This document shows positions 52,276 through 62,656 of a DNA stretch of 64,000 nucleotides, piece after piece (position 1 is the first letter of the stretch; every line of letters begins with the position of its first letter). The translations under genes were made by a program, and so were the position numbers. Origin of the DNA: Heterodontus francisci (taxonomy: Eukaryota); contig NC_090399.1 of NCBI RefSeq assembly GCF_036365525.1, positions 20,036,529 to 20,100,528 of the forward strand, read 5' to 3'. The notes under the pieces are model-generated. The model was given only the letters and a program-made list of their open reading frames with translations, was not told where the DNA came from and did no database searches.

Positions 52276-55191
52276 TCATTCTCCTTTATCCATATACCTA
52301 TCCAAAAGCCTTTTGAAAGTCCCTAAAGTTTCTGACTCAACAACTTCCCCGGGCAAGGCATTCCATGCCTCGACCACTCTCTGGGTAAAGAACCTTCCCC
52401 TGACATCCCCCTTATATCTCCCACCCTTCACCTTAAATTTATGACCCCTTGTAACGCTTTGCTCCACCCGGGGAAAAAGTTTCTGACTGTCTACCCTATC
52501 TATTCCCCTGATCATCTTATAAACCTCTATCATGTCACCCCTCATCCTTCTCCTTTCTAATGAGAAGAGGCCTAGAATGTTCAGCCTTTCCTCGTAAGAC
52601 TTATTCTCCATTCCAGGCAACATCCTGGTAAATCTCCTCTGCACCCTCTCCAAGGCTTCCACATCCTTCCTAAAATGAGGCGACCAGAACTGCACACAGT
52701 ACTCCAAATGAGGCCTTACCAAGGTCCTGTACAGCTGCATCATCACCTCACGGCTCTTAAATTCAATCCCTCTGCTAATGAACGCTAACACCCCATATGC
52801 CTTCTTCACAGCCCTATCCACTTGAGTTGCAACTTTCAATGATCTATGCACATAGACCCCAAGGTCTCTCTGCTCCTCCACATGCCCAAGAACCCTACCG
52901 TTAACCCAGTATTTTGCATTCATGTTTGTCCTTCCAAAATGGACGACCTCACACTTTTCAGGGTTAAACTCCATCTGCCACTTTTCAGCCCAGCACTGCA
53001 ACCTATCCAAGTCCCCCTGCAGACGACAATAGCCCTCCTCGGTATCCACAACTCCACCAACCTTTGTATCATCTGCAAATTTACTGACCCACCCTTCGAC
53101 TTCCTCATCCAAGTCGTTAATAAAAATCACAAACAGGAGAGGACCCAGAACTGATCCCTGCGGCACGCCACTGGTAACTGGGCTCCAGGCTGAGTATTTA
53201 CCATCTAAGACCACTCTCTGCCTTCTATCAGTTAGCCAATTCTTAATCCAACTGGCCACATTCCCCACTATCCCATGCCTCCTGACTTTCTCCATAAGTC
53301 TACCATGGGGGACCTTATCAAATGCCTTACTAAAATCCATGTACACCACATCCACTGGTTTACCCTCATCCACTTGCTTGGTCACCTGCTCAAAGAATTC
53401 AATCAGGCTTGTGAGGCAAGACCTACCCCTCACAAAACCGTGCTGACTGTCCCGAATCAAGCAGTGTCTTTCCAGATGCTCAGAAATCCTATCCCTCAGC
53501 ACCTTTTCCATCAACTTGCCTACCACCGAAGTAAGACTAACTGGCCTGTAATTCCCAGGGTTGTTCCTATTCCCTTTCTTGAACAGGGGCACAACATTTG
53601 CCACCCTCCAATCACCTGGTACCACCCCCGTCAGCAGAGAAGATGAAAAGATCATTGCCAGCGGCTCTGCAATTTCATCCCTTGCTTCCCATAACATCCT
53701 TGGATATACCCCGTCAGGCCCGGGAGACTTGTCTATCTTCAAGTTATTCAAAAACCCCAACACATCTTCCCTCCTAACGAGCACTTCCTCGTGCTTACCA
53801 GTCTGTTTCACACCGTCCTCTTCAGTAATACACCCCTTCTCATTCGTAAATACCGAAGAGAAGTACTCATTCAAAACCTCACTTATCTCTTCCGGCTCAA
53901 CACACAGTCTCCCGCTATTGTCCTTGACCGGACCTATGGTCCCCCTGGTCATCCTCATATTTCTGACATACGCGTAAAAGGCCTTGGGGTTTTCTTTTAT
54001 CCTACCCGCCAAGCATTTTTCATGCCCTCTCTTAGCTCTCCTAATCCCTTTCTTCAGATCCTTCCTGGCCATCTTGTATCCCTCCAGAGCTATGCCTGTG
54101 CCCTTTTTCCTCAACTTTATATACGCATCCTTCTTCTTCCTAACAAGACTCTCAACCTCTCTTGTCAACCACGGTTCCCTCACATGACCATCCCTTCCCT
54201 GTCTGACAGGGACATGCTTATCAATGGCCCCTACTATCTGCTCCTTGAAAAAGTTCCACATTTCGACCGTGCCCTTCCCTGCCAGCATATGCTCCCAACT
54301 TATGCTCCTCAGTTCCTGCCTGACAGCATCATATCTACCCTTCCCCCAATTGTAAACCTTGCCCTGTTGCACATACCTATCCCTCTCCATTACCACAGTG
54401 AATGCTACAGAATTGTGATCACTATCTCCAAAGTGCTCGCCCACCAACAGCTCTATCACTTGCCCTGGTTCATTACCTAGTACCAAATCCAATATTGCCT
54501 CCCCTCTGGTCGGGCAGTCTACATACTGAGTCAGAAAAGCTTCCTGGACATACTGCACAAACACTACCCCATCCAAACTATTCGATCTAAAGAGTTGCCA
54601 ATCAATATTTGGGAAGTTGAAATCCCCCATAATTACTACCCTGTGACTTCTGCTCCTTTCCAAAATCTGTTTCCCAATCTGCTCTTCCACCTCCCTGCTG
54701 CTATTGGGGGGCCTATAGAAAACTCCCATCAAGGTGACTGCTCCTTTCCTGTTCCTGACCTCAACCCACAGTGCCTCAGTCGGCAGATCCTCCTCGAAAA
54801 TTCTTTCAGCAGTTGTTACACTATTTCTAACTAACAATGCCACCCCCCCACCTCTTTTACCACCATTCCTAATCTTATGAAAACATCTATAACCAGGTAC
54901 CTCCAAAAACCATTCCTCCCCCTCACCTATCCACGTTTCAGTGATGGCCACAACATCGTAGTCACAAGTGCCCATCCACGCCTTCAATTCACTCACCTTA
55001 TTCCTGATGCTTCTTGCGTTGAAGTATACGCACTTTAACCCTTCTCCGTGCCCATCTGTCCTCTGTGACAGTGCTACCTTCCCCAATACCTCACTACACT
55101 CTTTGTCTTTCTGAGTGGACCCACTGGTCCCTGGATTACAAGTCCGGTTCCCATCCCCCTCCCAAACTAGTTTAAACCCTCCCGAACAGTA
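52276..55191 (-). CDS. CR1-B ORF2p: APE endonuclease plus reverse transcriptase (frame open stop to stop; no ATG before the endonuclease)
   Basis: FNARSIRNK, ITETW, GVFYRPP, MGDFN, SDH; YRPVSL, QHGF, DFSKAFD, GVPQGSVLGP, FADD; no internal stops. Confidence 0.93.
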   Translation of the reverse strand, partial: YCSGGFKLVWEGDGNRTCNPGTSGSTQKDKECSEVLGKVALSQRTDGHGEGLKCVYFNARSIRNKVSELKAWMGTCDYDVVAITETWIGEGEEWFLEVPGYRCFHKIRNGGKRGGGVALLVRNSVTTAERIFEEDLPTEALWVEVRNRKGAVTLMGVFYRPPNSSREVEEQIGKQILERSRSHRVVIMGDFNFPNIDWQLFRSNSLDGVVFVQYVQEAFLTQYVDCPTRGEAILDLVLGNEPGQVIELLVGEHFGDSDHNSVAFTVVMERDRYVQQGKVYNWGKGRYDAVRQELRSISWEHMLAGKGTVEMWNFFKEQIVGAIDKHVPVRQGRDGHVREPWLTREVESLVRKKKDAYIKLRKKGTGIALEGYKMARKDLKKGIRRAKRGHEKCLAGRIKENPKAFYAYVRNMRMTRGTIGPVKDNSGRLCVEPEEISEVLNEYFSSVFTNEKGCITEEDGVKQTGKHEEVLVRREDVLGFLNNLKIDKSPGPDGVYPRMLWEARDEIAEPLAMIFSSSLLTGVVPGDWRVANVVPLFKKGNRNNPGNYRPVSLTSVVGKLMEKVLRDRISEHLERHCLIRDSQHGFVRGRSCLTSLIEFFEQVTKQVDEGKPVDVVYMDFSKAFDKVPHGRLMEKVRRHGIVGNVASWIKNWLTDRRQRVVLDGKYSAWSPVTSGVPQGSVLGPLLFVIFINDLDEEVEGWVSKFADDTKVGGVVDTEEGYCRLQGDLDRLQCWAEKWQMEFNPEKCEVVHFGRTNMNAKYWVNGRVLGHVEEQRDLGVYVHRSLKVATQVDRAVKKAYGVLAFISRGIEFKSREVMMQLYRTLVRPHLEYCVQFWSPHFRKDVEALERVQRRFTRMLPGMENKSYEERLNILGLFSLERRRMRGDMIEVYKMIRGIDRVDSQKLFPRVEQSVTRGHKFKVKGGRYKGDVRGRFFTQRVVEAWNALPGEVVESETLGTFKRLLDRYMDKGE

Positions 55192-56087
55192 CTAGCAAAC
55201 CTCCCTCCCAGGATATTGGTGCCCCTCTGGTTCAGATGCAGCCCGTCCTGTTTGAACAGGTCCCATCTTCCCCAGAATGCAGTCCAATTATCCAAGAACT
55301 GGAAGCCCTCCCTCCTACACCATTCCTGCAGCCACGTGTTCAGCTGTGCTCTCTCCCTATTCCTAGCCTCACTATCACGTGGCGCCGGCAACAAACCAGA
55401 GATAACAACTCTGTCCGTCCGAGCTTTCAGCTTCCAGCCTAACTCCCTAAACTCACTTCTAACATCTGTGCCACCCTTCCTTCCTACGTCGTTGGTGCCA
55501 ATGTGCACCACGACCTCTGGCTGCTCCCCCTCCCCTTTAAGGATCCTGAAGACGCGATCACAAACATCACGGACCCTGGCACCAGGGAGGCAACAAACCA
55601 TCCGTGCGTCTCGCCTGCGCCCACAGAACCGCCTGTCCGTACTCCTCACCATCGAGTCCCCGATGACTAGTGCTCTCCCATTCTCCCTCCTTCCCTTCTG
55701 AGCCACAGTGCAGGACCCCGTGCCAGAGGCCCGGTCACTGCAGCCTGCCCCCGATAGGCCGTCCCCCCCAACAGTATCTAAAACTGTATACTTGTTGTTG
55801 AGGGGAACGACCACAGGAGATCCCTGCACTGACCTCTTCCCACCTCTAACTGTTACCCAGCTGCCTTTGATTTGTGGAGTAACGACCTCCGTGTAGCTTC
55901 TATCTATCAACCCCTCAGCTTCCCGAATGATCCTCAGTTCATCCAGCTCCAGCTCCAATTCCCTAACACGGTCTGATAGGAGCTGGAGACGGATGCACTT
56001 CCAGCAGGTGAAGTCGGCAGGGTCACCGGAGGTTCCCCTCACCTCGAACATTCTGCAGGAGGAGCAATACACTACACTGGCTGCCAT
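55167..56087 (-). CDS. CR1-B ORF1p: CxxC..CxxC zinc finger, leucine zipper, SGNH esterase domain (306 aa)
   Basis: ATG in strong context (gaaATGg); CSSC/CWKC; LQLLSDRVRELELELDEL; IGDS, PGA, HIGTND and DGLH blocks. Confidence 0.92.
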   Translation of the reverse strand: MAASVVYCSSCRMFEVRGTSGDPADFTCWKCIRLQLLSDRVRELELELDELRIIREAEGLIDRSYTEVVTPQIKGSWVTVRGGKRSVQGSPVVVPLNNKYTVLDTVGGDGLSGAGCSDRASGTGSCTVAQKGRRENGRALVIGDSMVRSTDRRFCGRRRDARMVCCLPGARVRDVCDRVFRILKGEGEQPEVVVHIGTNDVGRKGGTDVRSEFRELGWKLKARTDRVVISGLLPAPRDSEARNRERAQLNTWLQEWCRREGFQFLDNWTAFWGRWDLFKQDGLHLNQRGTNILGGRFASTVREGLN

Positions 56088-56264
56088 TTCTTTTATTCAA
56101 TTACCCCTTAGTTAAGTACAACTATAGATATTAACAAAAACAGTAAATAGCTTACCTGCTCAGTCCTTTTTGGTTAGAGGAGGAGGGTAAAAAGGGTCTT
56201 ATTATTAGGTTAGAGGAGGAGGATGGGTGGGAAACACTACATGTGTAGTGGCTCGGGTTAACTC

Positions 56265-57337
56265 AGCTCCGCACCTTTAAGGAAAATACCTACCCAGGAG
56301 TCCTCGCTGCCGACCAGCTTCCGGTTCCTCCGGCGCCAAAAGAAACTCAAAGACAAGGAAAACATTAAGTAAAACAATAAGTACTTACTTTTAAAACACA
56401 GCTCCTGATGCCTTCACTCACCCAACGAAGAGTCGCTACCTTCTCCTGCTGCTCCGCCGGGAAATGAGGCCGAGTCCACGGAGCTCCGCACCTTTAAGGA
56501 AAATACCTACCCAGGAGTCCTCGCTGCCGACCAGCTTCCGGTTCCTCCGGCGCCAAAAGAAACTCAAAGACAAGGAAAACAGTAAGTAAAACAATAAGTA
56601 CTTACTTTTAAAACACAGCTCCTGATGCCTTCACTCACCCAACGAAGAGTCGCTACCTTCTCCTGCTGCTCCGCCGGGAAATGAGGCCGAGTCCACGGAG
56701 CTCCGCACCTTTAAGGAAAATACCTACCCAGGAGTCCTCGCTGCCGACCAGCTTCCGGTTCCTCCGGCGCCAAAAGAAACTCAAAGACAAGGAAAACAGT
56801 AAGTAAAACAATAAGTACTTACTTTTAAAACACAGCTCCTGATGCCTTCACTCACCCAACGAAGAGTCGCTACCTTCTCCTGCTGCTCCGCCGGGAAATG
56901 AGGCCGAGTCCACGGAGCTCCGCACCTTTAAGGAAAATACCTACCCAGGAGTCCTCGCTGCCGACCAGCTTCCGGTTCCTCCGGCGCCAAAAGAAACTCA
57001 AAGACAAGGAAAACAGTAAGTAAAACAGTAAGTACTTACTTTTAAAACACAGCTCCTGATGCCTTCACTCACCCAACGAAGAGTCGCTACCTTCTCCTGC
57101 TGCTCCGCCGGGAAATGAGGCCGAGTCCACGGAGCTCCGCACCTTTAAGGAAAATACCTACCCAGGAGTCCTCGCTGCCGACCAGCTTCCGGTTCCTCCG
57201 GCGCCAAAAGAAACTCAAAGACAAGGAAAACAGTAAGTAAAACAGTAAGTACTTACTTTTAAAACACAGCTCCTGATGCCTTCACTCACCCAACGAAGAG
57301 TCGCTACCTTCTCCTGCTGCTCCGCCGGGAAATGAGG
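56265..57337 (-). repeat. Tandem 217-bp monomers (~4.9 copies) forming the CR1-B 5' UTR
   Basis: agctccgcacctttaagg starts at 56265, 56482, 56699, 56916 and 57133; copies are nearly identical. Confidence 0.95.
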
Positions 57338-58274
57338 TTTGGTGCTGCTGAGAGTTTGAAAGTTTCCAAACACAGAGTAACACGCAGGTTGGAATGAGTC
57401 ACAAATGCAAAGTAACACACAGGCTGGAGTCAGTCTCACTCGCACACACAGAGTAACACACAGGCTGGAGTTTGTCACATACACAGAGTAACACACAGGC
57501 TGGAGTATGTCACATACACGCAGAGTAACACAAGTTGGAATGAGTCACAAATGCAAAGTAACACACAGGCTGGAGTCAGTCTCACACACACACACACACA
57601 CACACAGAAACACACTGGCTGGAGTTTGTCACATACACAGAGTAACACACTGGCTGGAGTGTTTCACACACACACACAGAGTAACACACATGCTAGAGTG
57701 GGTCACACACACAGGGAATGTATCCATCTTGCGGATTTTCTGACGGTAGAATTGGATTTGGGCGGCACTTCCGCTCCCTCGCTTTTTGCCTGTTGCCACC
57801 CGATTACAAGTGGAAATCAAAGTTTCAGCTGCGGGCATGGGAGATGCATGCGATCATGTGGTGCGGAATACTTTTCATGGTGGAGCCTGCTGTCATTCAG
57901 GGAAGCATTATGCATGGCATTGTTATAAATAATCCTTCAGTGCAAACAGGGAGGTTCATCAACGAGGCCAGTCTTTTTCAGAGACTTCTAGGCTTTTCCC
58001 CTTAAATCTTACCCACCCTCACCCATCTTTACACCTGTCGCAAACAAAGGCTATGGACCCTGGCAACATTACGGCAATAGCACTGAGGACCTGTGCTCCA
58101 GAACTTGCCGCGCCCCCAGACAAGCAGATTTGAGATGGTGCGGGAGGGGCGGGGCGGCGGGGGCGGGCGGGGGGCGGAATAGTAACTGCAGTGAGACTGG
58201 GACACCAGCAGATGGAGATGCTGAGCCATTGCTGATGGGAAGGTTTGGTGCTGCTGAGAGTTTGAAAGTTTCCA

Positions 58275-58745
58275 AACACAGAGTAACACGCTGGCTGGAG
58301 TGTGTCACAGGCACAGAGTAACACACTGGCTGGAGTGTGTCACATACACAGAGTAACACGCTGGCTGGAGTGTGTCATATCCACAGAGTAACACACTGGC
58401 TGGAGTGTGTCACATACACAGAGTAACACGCTGGCTGGAGTGTGTCACAGGCACAGAGTAACACACTGGTTGGAGTGTGTCACACGCACACACAGAATAA
58501 CACACTGGCTGGAGTGTGTCACACACACACAGAATCACACACTGGCTGGAATGTGTACACACACAGAGTAACACACAGGCTGGAGTGAATCACACACACA
58601 CACACACACACACACAGAATGACACACTGGCTGGAGTATGTCACACACACAGAGTAATACACTGGCTGGAGTGTGTCACACACACACACACACACACACA
58701 GAATAACACACTGGCTGGAGTGTGTAGACACACAGAGTAACACAC
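58275..58745 (+). repeat. Minisatellite block 3, unit 3
   Basis: Same repeat unit. Confidence 0.9.
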
Positions 58746-58824
58746 AGAATTAGAATTAGAACATTACAGCGCAGTCCAGGCCCTTTGGCCCTCGATGTTG
58801 CGCCGACCTGTGAAACCATCTGAC

Positions 58825-61717
58825 CTACACTATTCCATTTTCATCCATATGTCTATCCAATGACCACTTAAATGCCCTTAAAGTTGGCGAGTCTACTACT
58901 GTTGCAGGAAGGGCGTTCCACGCCCCTGCTACTCTCTGAGTAAAAAAACTACCTCTGACATCTGTCCTATATCTATCACCCCTCAACTTAAAGCGATGTC
59001 CCCTCGTGTTTGCCATCACCATCCGAGCAAAAAGACTCTCACTATCCACCCTATCTAACCCTCTGATTATCTTATATGTCTCTATTAAGTCACCTCTCCT
59101 CCTCCTTCTCTCCAATGAAAACAACCTCGAGTCCCTCAGCCTTTCCTCGGAAGACCTTACCTCCATACCAGGCAACATCCTAGTAAATCTCCTCTGCACC
59201 CTTTCCATAGCTTCCACATCCTTCCAATAATGCGGTGACCAGAACTGCACGCAATACTCCAGGTGCGGTCTCACCAGAGTTTTGTACAGCTGCAGCATGA
59301 CATCGTGGCTCCGAAACTCGATCCCCCTACTAATAAAAGCTAACACACCATATGCCTTCTTAACAGCCCTATTAACCTGGGTAGCAACCTTCAGGGATTT
59401 ATGCACCTGGACACCAAGATCTCTCTGTTCATCTACACTACCAAGAATCTTCACATTAGCCCAGTACTCTGCATTCCTGTTACTCCTTCCAAAGTGAATC
59501 ACCTCGCACTTTTCCGCATTAAACTCCATTTGCCATCTCTCAGCCCAGCTCTGCAGCCTATTTATGTCCCTCTGTACCCTACAACATCCTTCGGCACTAT
59601 CCACAACTCCACCGACCTTAGTGTCATCCACAAATTTACTAACCCACCCTTCTACACCCTCTTCCAGGTCATTTATAAAACTGACAAACAGCAGTGGCCC
59701 CAAAACAGATCGTTCCGGTACACCACTAGTAACTAAACTCCAGGATGAACATTTGCCATCACCCACCACCCTCTGTCTTCTTTCAGCTAGCCAATTTCTG
59801 ATCCAAAGCTCTAAATCACCTTCAACCCCATACTTCTGTATTTTCTGCAATAGCCTACCGTGGGGAACCTTATCAAACGCCTTACTGAAATCCATATACA
59901 CCACATCCACTGCTTTACCCTCATCCACCTGCTTGGTCACCTTCTCGAAAAACTCAATAAGGTTTGTGAGGCACGACCTACCCGTCACAAAACCGTGCTG
60001 ACTATCGCTAATGAACTTATTCTTTTCAAGATGATTATACATCCTGTCTCTTGTAACCTTTTCCAACATTTTACCCACAACCGAAGTAAGGCTCACAGGT
60101 CTATAATTACCAGGGCTGTCTCTACTCCCCTTCTTGAACAAGGGGACAACATTTGCTATCCTCCAGTCTTCCGGCATGATTCCTGTCGACAATGACGACA
60201 TAAAGATCAAGGACAAAGGCTCTGCAATCTCCTCCCTAGCTTCCCAGAGAATCCTAGGATAAATCCCATCTGGCCCAGGGGACTTATCTATTTTCACACT
60301 TTCCAAAATTGATAACACCTCCTCCTTGTGAACTTCAATCCCATCTAGCCTAGTAGCCTGAATCTCAGTATTCTCCTCGACAACATTTTCTTTCTCTACT
60401 GTAAATACTGACACAAAATATTCATTTAACACTTCCCCTATCTCCTCTGATTCCACACACAACTTCCCACAACTATCCTTGATTGGCCCTAATCTAACTC
60501 TAGTCATTCTTTTATTCCTGATATACCGATAGAAAGCCTTAGGGTTTTCCCTGATCCTATCCGCCAATGACTTCTCGTGTCCTCTCCTTGCTCTTCTTAG
60601 CTCTCCCTTTAGATCCTTCATGGCTAGCTTGTAACTCTCAAGCGCCCTAACTGAGCCTTCACGTCTCATCTGAACATAAGCCTTCTTCTTCCTCTTGACA
60701 AGCGCTTCAACTTCTTTAGTAAACCACGGCTCCCTCGCTCGACAACTTCCTCCCAGCCTCACAGGTACATACTTATCAAGGACACGCAGTAGCTGCTCTT
60801 TGAATAAGCTCCACATTTCGATTGTTCCTATCCCCTGCAGTTTCCTTCCCCATCCTACGCATCCTAAATCTTGCCTAATCGCATCATAATTTCCTTTCCC
60901 CCAGCTATAATTCTTGCCCTGCGGAATACACCTGTCCCTGCCCATCGCTAAGTTAAACCTAACCGAATTGTGATCACTATCACCAAAGTGCTCACCTACA
61001 TCTAAATCTAACACCTGGCTGGGTTCATTACCCAGTACCAAATCCAATGTGGCATCGCCCCTGGTTGGCCTGTCTACATACTGTGTCAGAAAACCCTCCT
61101 GCACACACTGGACAAAAACTGACCCATCTAAAGTACTCGAACTATAGTATTTCCAGTCGATATTTGGAAAGTTAAAGTCCCCCATAACAACTACCCTGTT
61201 ACTCTCGCCCCTGTCGAGAATCATCTTCGCTATCCTTTCCTCTACATCTCTGGAAGTATTTGGAGGTCTAGAAAAGACTCCCAACAGGGTGACCTCACCT
61301 CTCCTGTTTCTAACCTCGGCCCATACTACCTCAGTAGACGAGTCCTCAAACGTCCTTTCTGTCGCTGTAATACTCTCCTTGATTAACAATGCCACACTCC
61401 CCTCCTCTTTTACCATCTTCTCCGTTCTTACTGAAACATCTACATTCCGGAACCTGCAACATCCATTCCTGCCCCTGCTTTACCCATGTCTCCGAAATGG
61501 CCACTACATCGAGATCCCAGGTACCAACCCATGCTGCAAGCTCACCCACCTTATTACGGATGCTCCTGGCGTTGAAGTAGACACACTTTAAACCAGGTTG
61601 TTGCTTGCCAGTGCCCTCTTGCGTCCTTGTAACCTTATCCCTGACCTTACTACTCTCAACATCCTGTACACTGGAACTACAATTTAGGTTCCCATCCCCC
61701 TGCTGAATTAGTTTAAA
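58825..61717 (-). pseudogene. CR1-A ORF2, frameshift at ~61400, RT motifs altered (GVPERS, FVDD)
   Basis: ORFs 58825-61416 and 61346-61549 are two frames of one ORF2. Confidence 0.88.
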
Positions 61718-62656
61718 CCACCCCCCCCCCCCCCCCCCCGAAGAGCACTAGCAAATCTCCCCCCCAGGATATTGGTACCCCTCTGGTTCAGATGAAGACC
61801 ATCCTGTTTGTAGAGGTCCCACCTACCCCAGAAAGTGCCCCAGTTATCCAGGAAATCAAAACCCTCCCTCCTGCACCATCCCTGCAGCCACGTGTTCAAC
61901 TCCTCTCTCTCCCTATTCCTCGCTTCACTATCACGTGGCACGGGCAACAACCCAGAGATAACAACTCTGGTTGTTCTCGCTCTAAGCTTCCACCCTAGCA
62001 CCCTGAATTTCTGTCTTAAATCCCCATCTCTCTTCCTACCTATGTCGTTGGTGCCTATGTGGACCACGACTTGGGGCTGCTCCCCCTCCCCCTTAAGGAT
62101 CCCAAAAACACGATCCGTGACATCACGAACCCTGGCACCTGGGAGGCAACATACCAACCGTGAGTCTCTCTCGTTCCCACAGAACCTCCTATCTGTTCCC
62201 CGAACTATGGAGTCCCCAATGACTAATGCTCTGCTCCTCTTCCCCTTTCCCTTCTGAGCAACAGGGACAGACTCTGTGCCAGATACCTGTACCCCATTGC
62301 TTACCCCTGGTAAGTCGTCCCCTGCAACATTATCCAAAACGGTATACCTGTTGTTGAGGGAAACGGCCACAGGGGATCCCTGCACTGCCTGCTGGTTCCC
62401 TCTCCTTCCCCTGACGGTAACCCATCTACCTACTTCTTTTACCTGAGGTGTGACTACCTCCCCATAACTCCTCTCAATAACCCCCTCCGCCTCCCGAATG
62501 ATCCGAAGTTCATCCAGCTCCAGCTCCAGTTCCCTAACGCGGTTCTCGAGGAGCTGGAGTTGCGTGCACTTCCCGCAGATGCAGTCAGCAGGGACACTCT
62601 TGGCGACCCTTACCTCCCACATTCTGCATGAGGAACATACAACTGCCTTAACAGAC
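61708..62656 (-). pseudogene. CR1-A ORF1, open frame but native ATG lost
   Basis: SVKAVVCSSC...DGLH...GLN*. Confidence 0.85.

Larger units (their letters stand above)
52177..57337 (-). mobile_element. Full-length CR1-clade LINE (CR1-B), unique to unit 3
   Basis: Monomeric 5' UTR, intact ORF1 and ORF2, 3' hairpin gggccgaagggcc, (ATGTTCT)n tail; empty site visible in unit 2 at ~32181. Confidence 0.95.
58746..62656 (-). mobile_element. 5'-truncated CR1 LINE (CR1-A), unit 3 copy at the same site as in unit 2
   Basis: Same 3' and 5' junctions as 33592-37507. Confidence 0.95.

Noticed and set aside
52846-55896. Plus-strand ORFs up to 229 aa overlapping the CR1 ORFs
   Set aside because: Antisense shadows of LINE coding sequence with no recognisable motifs.
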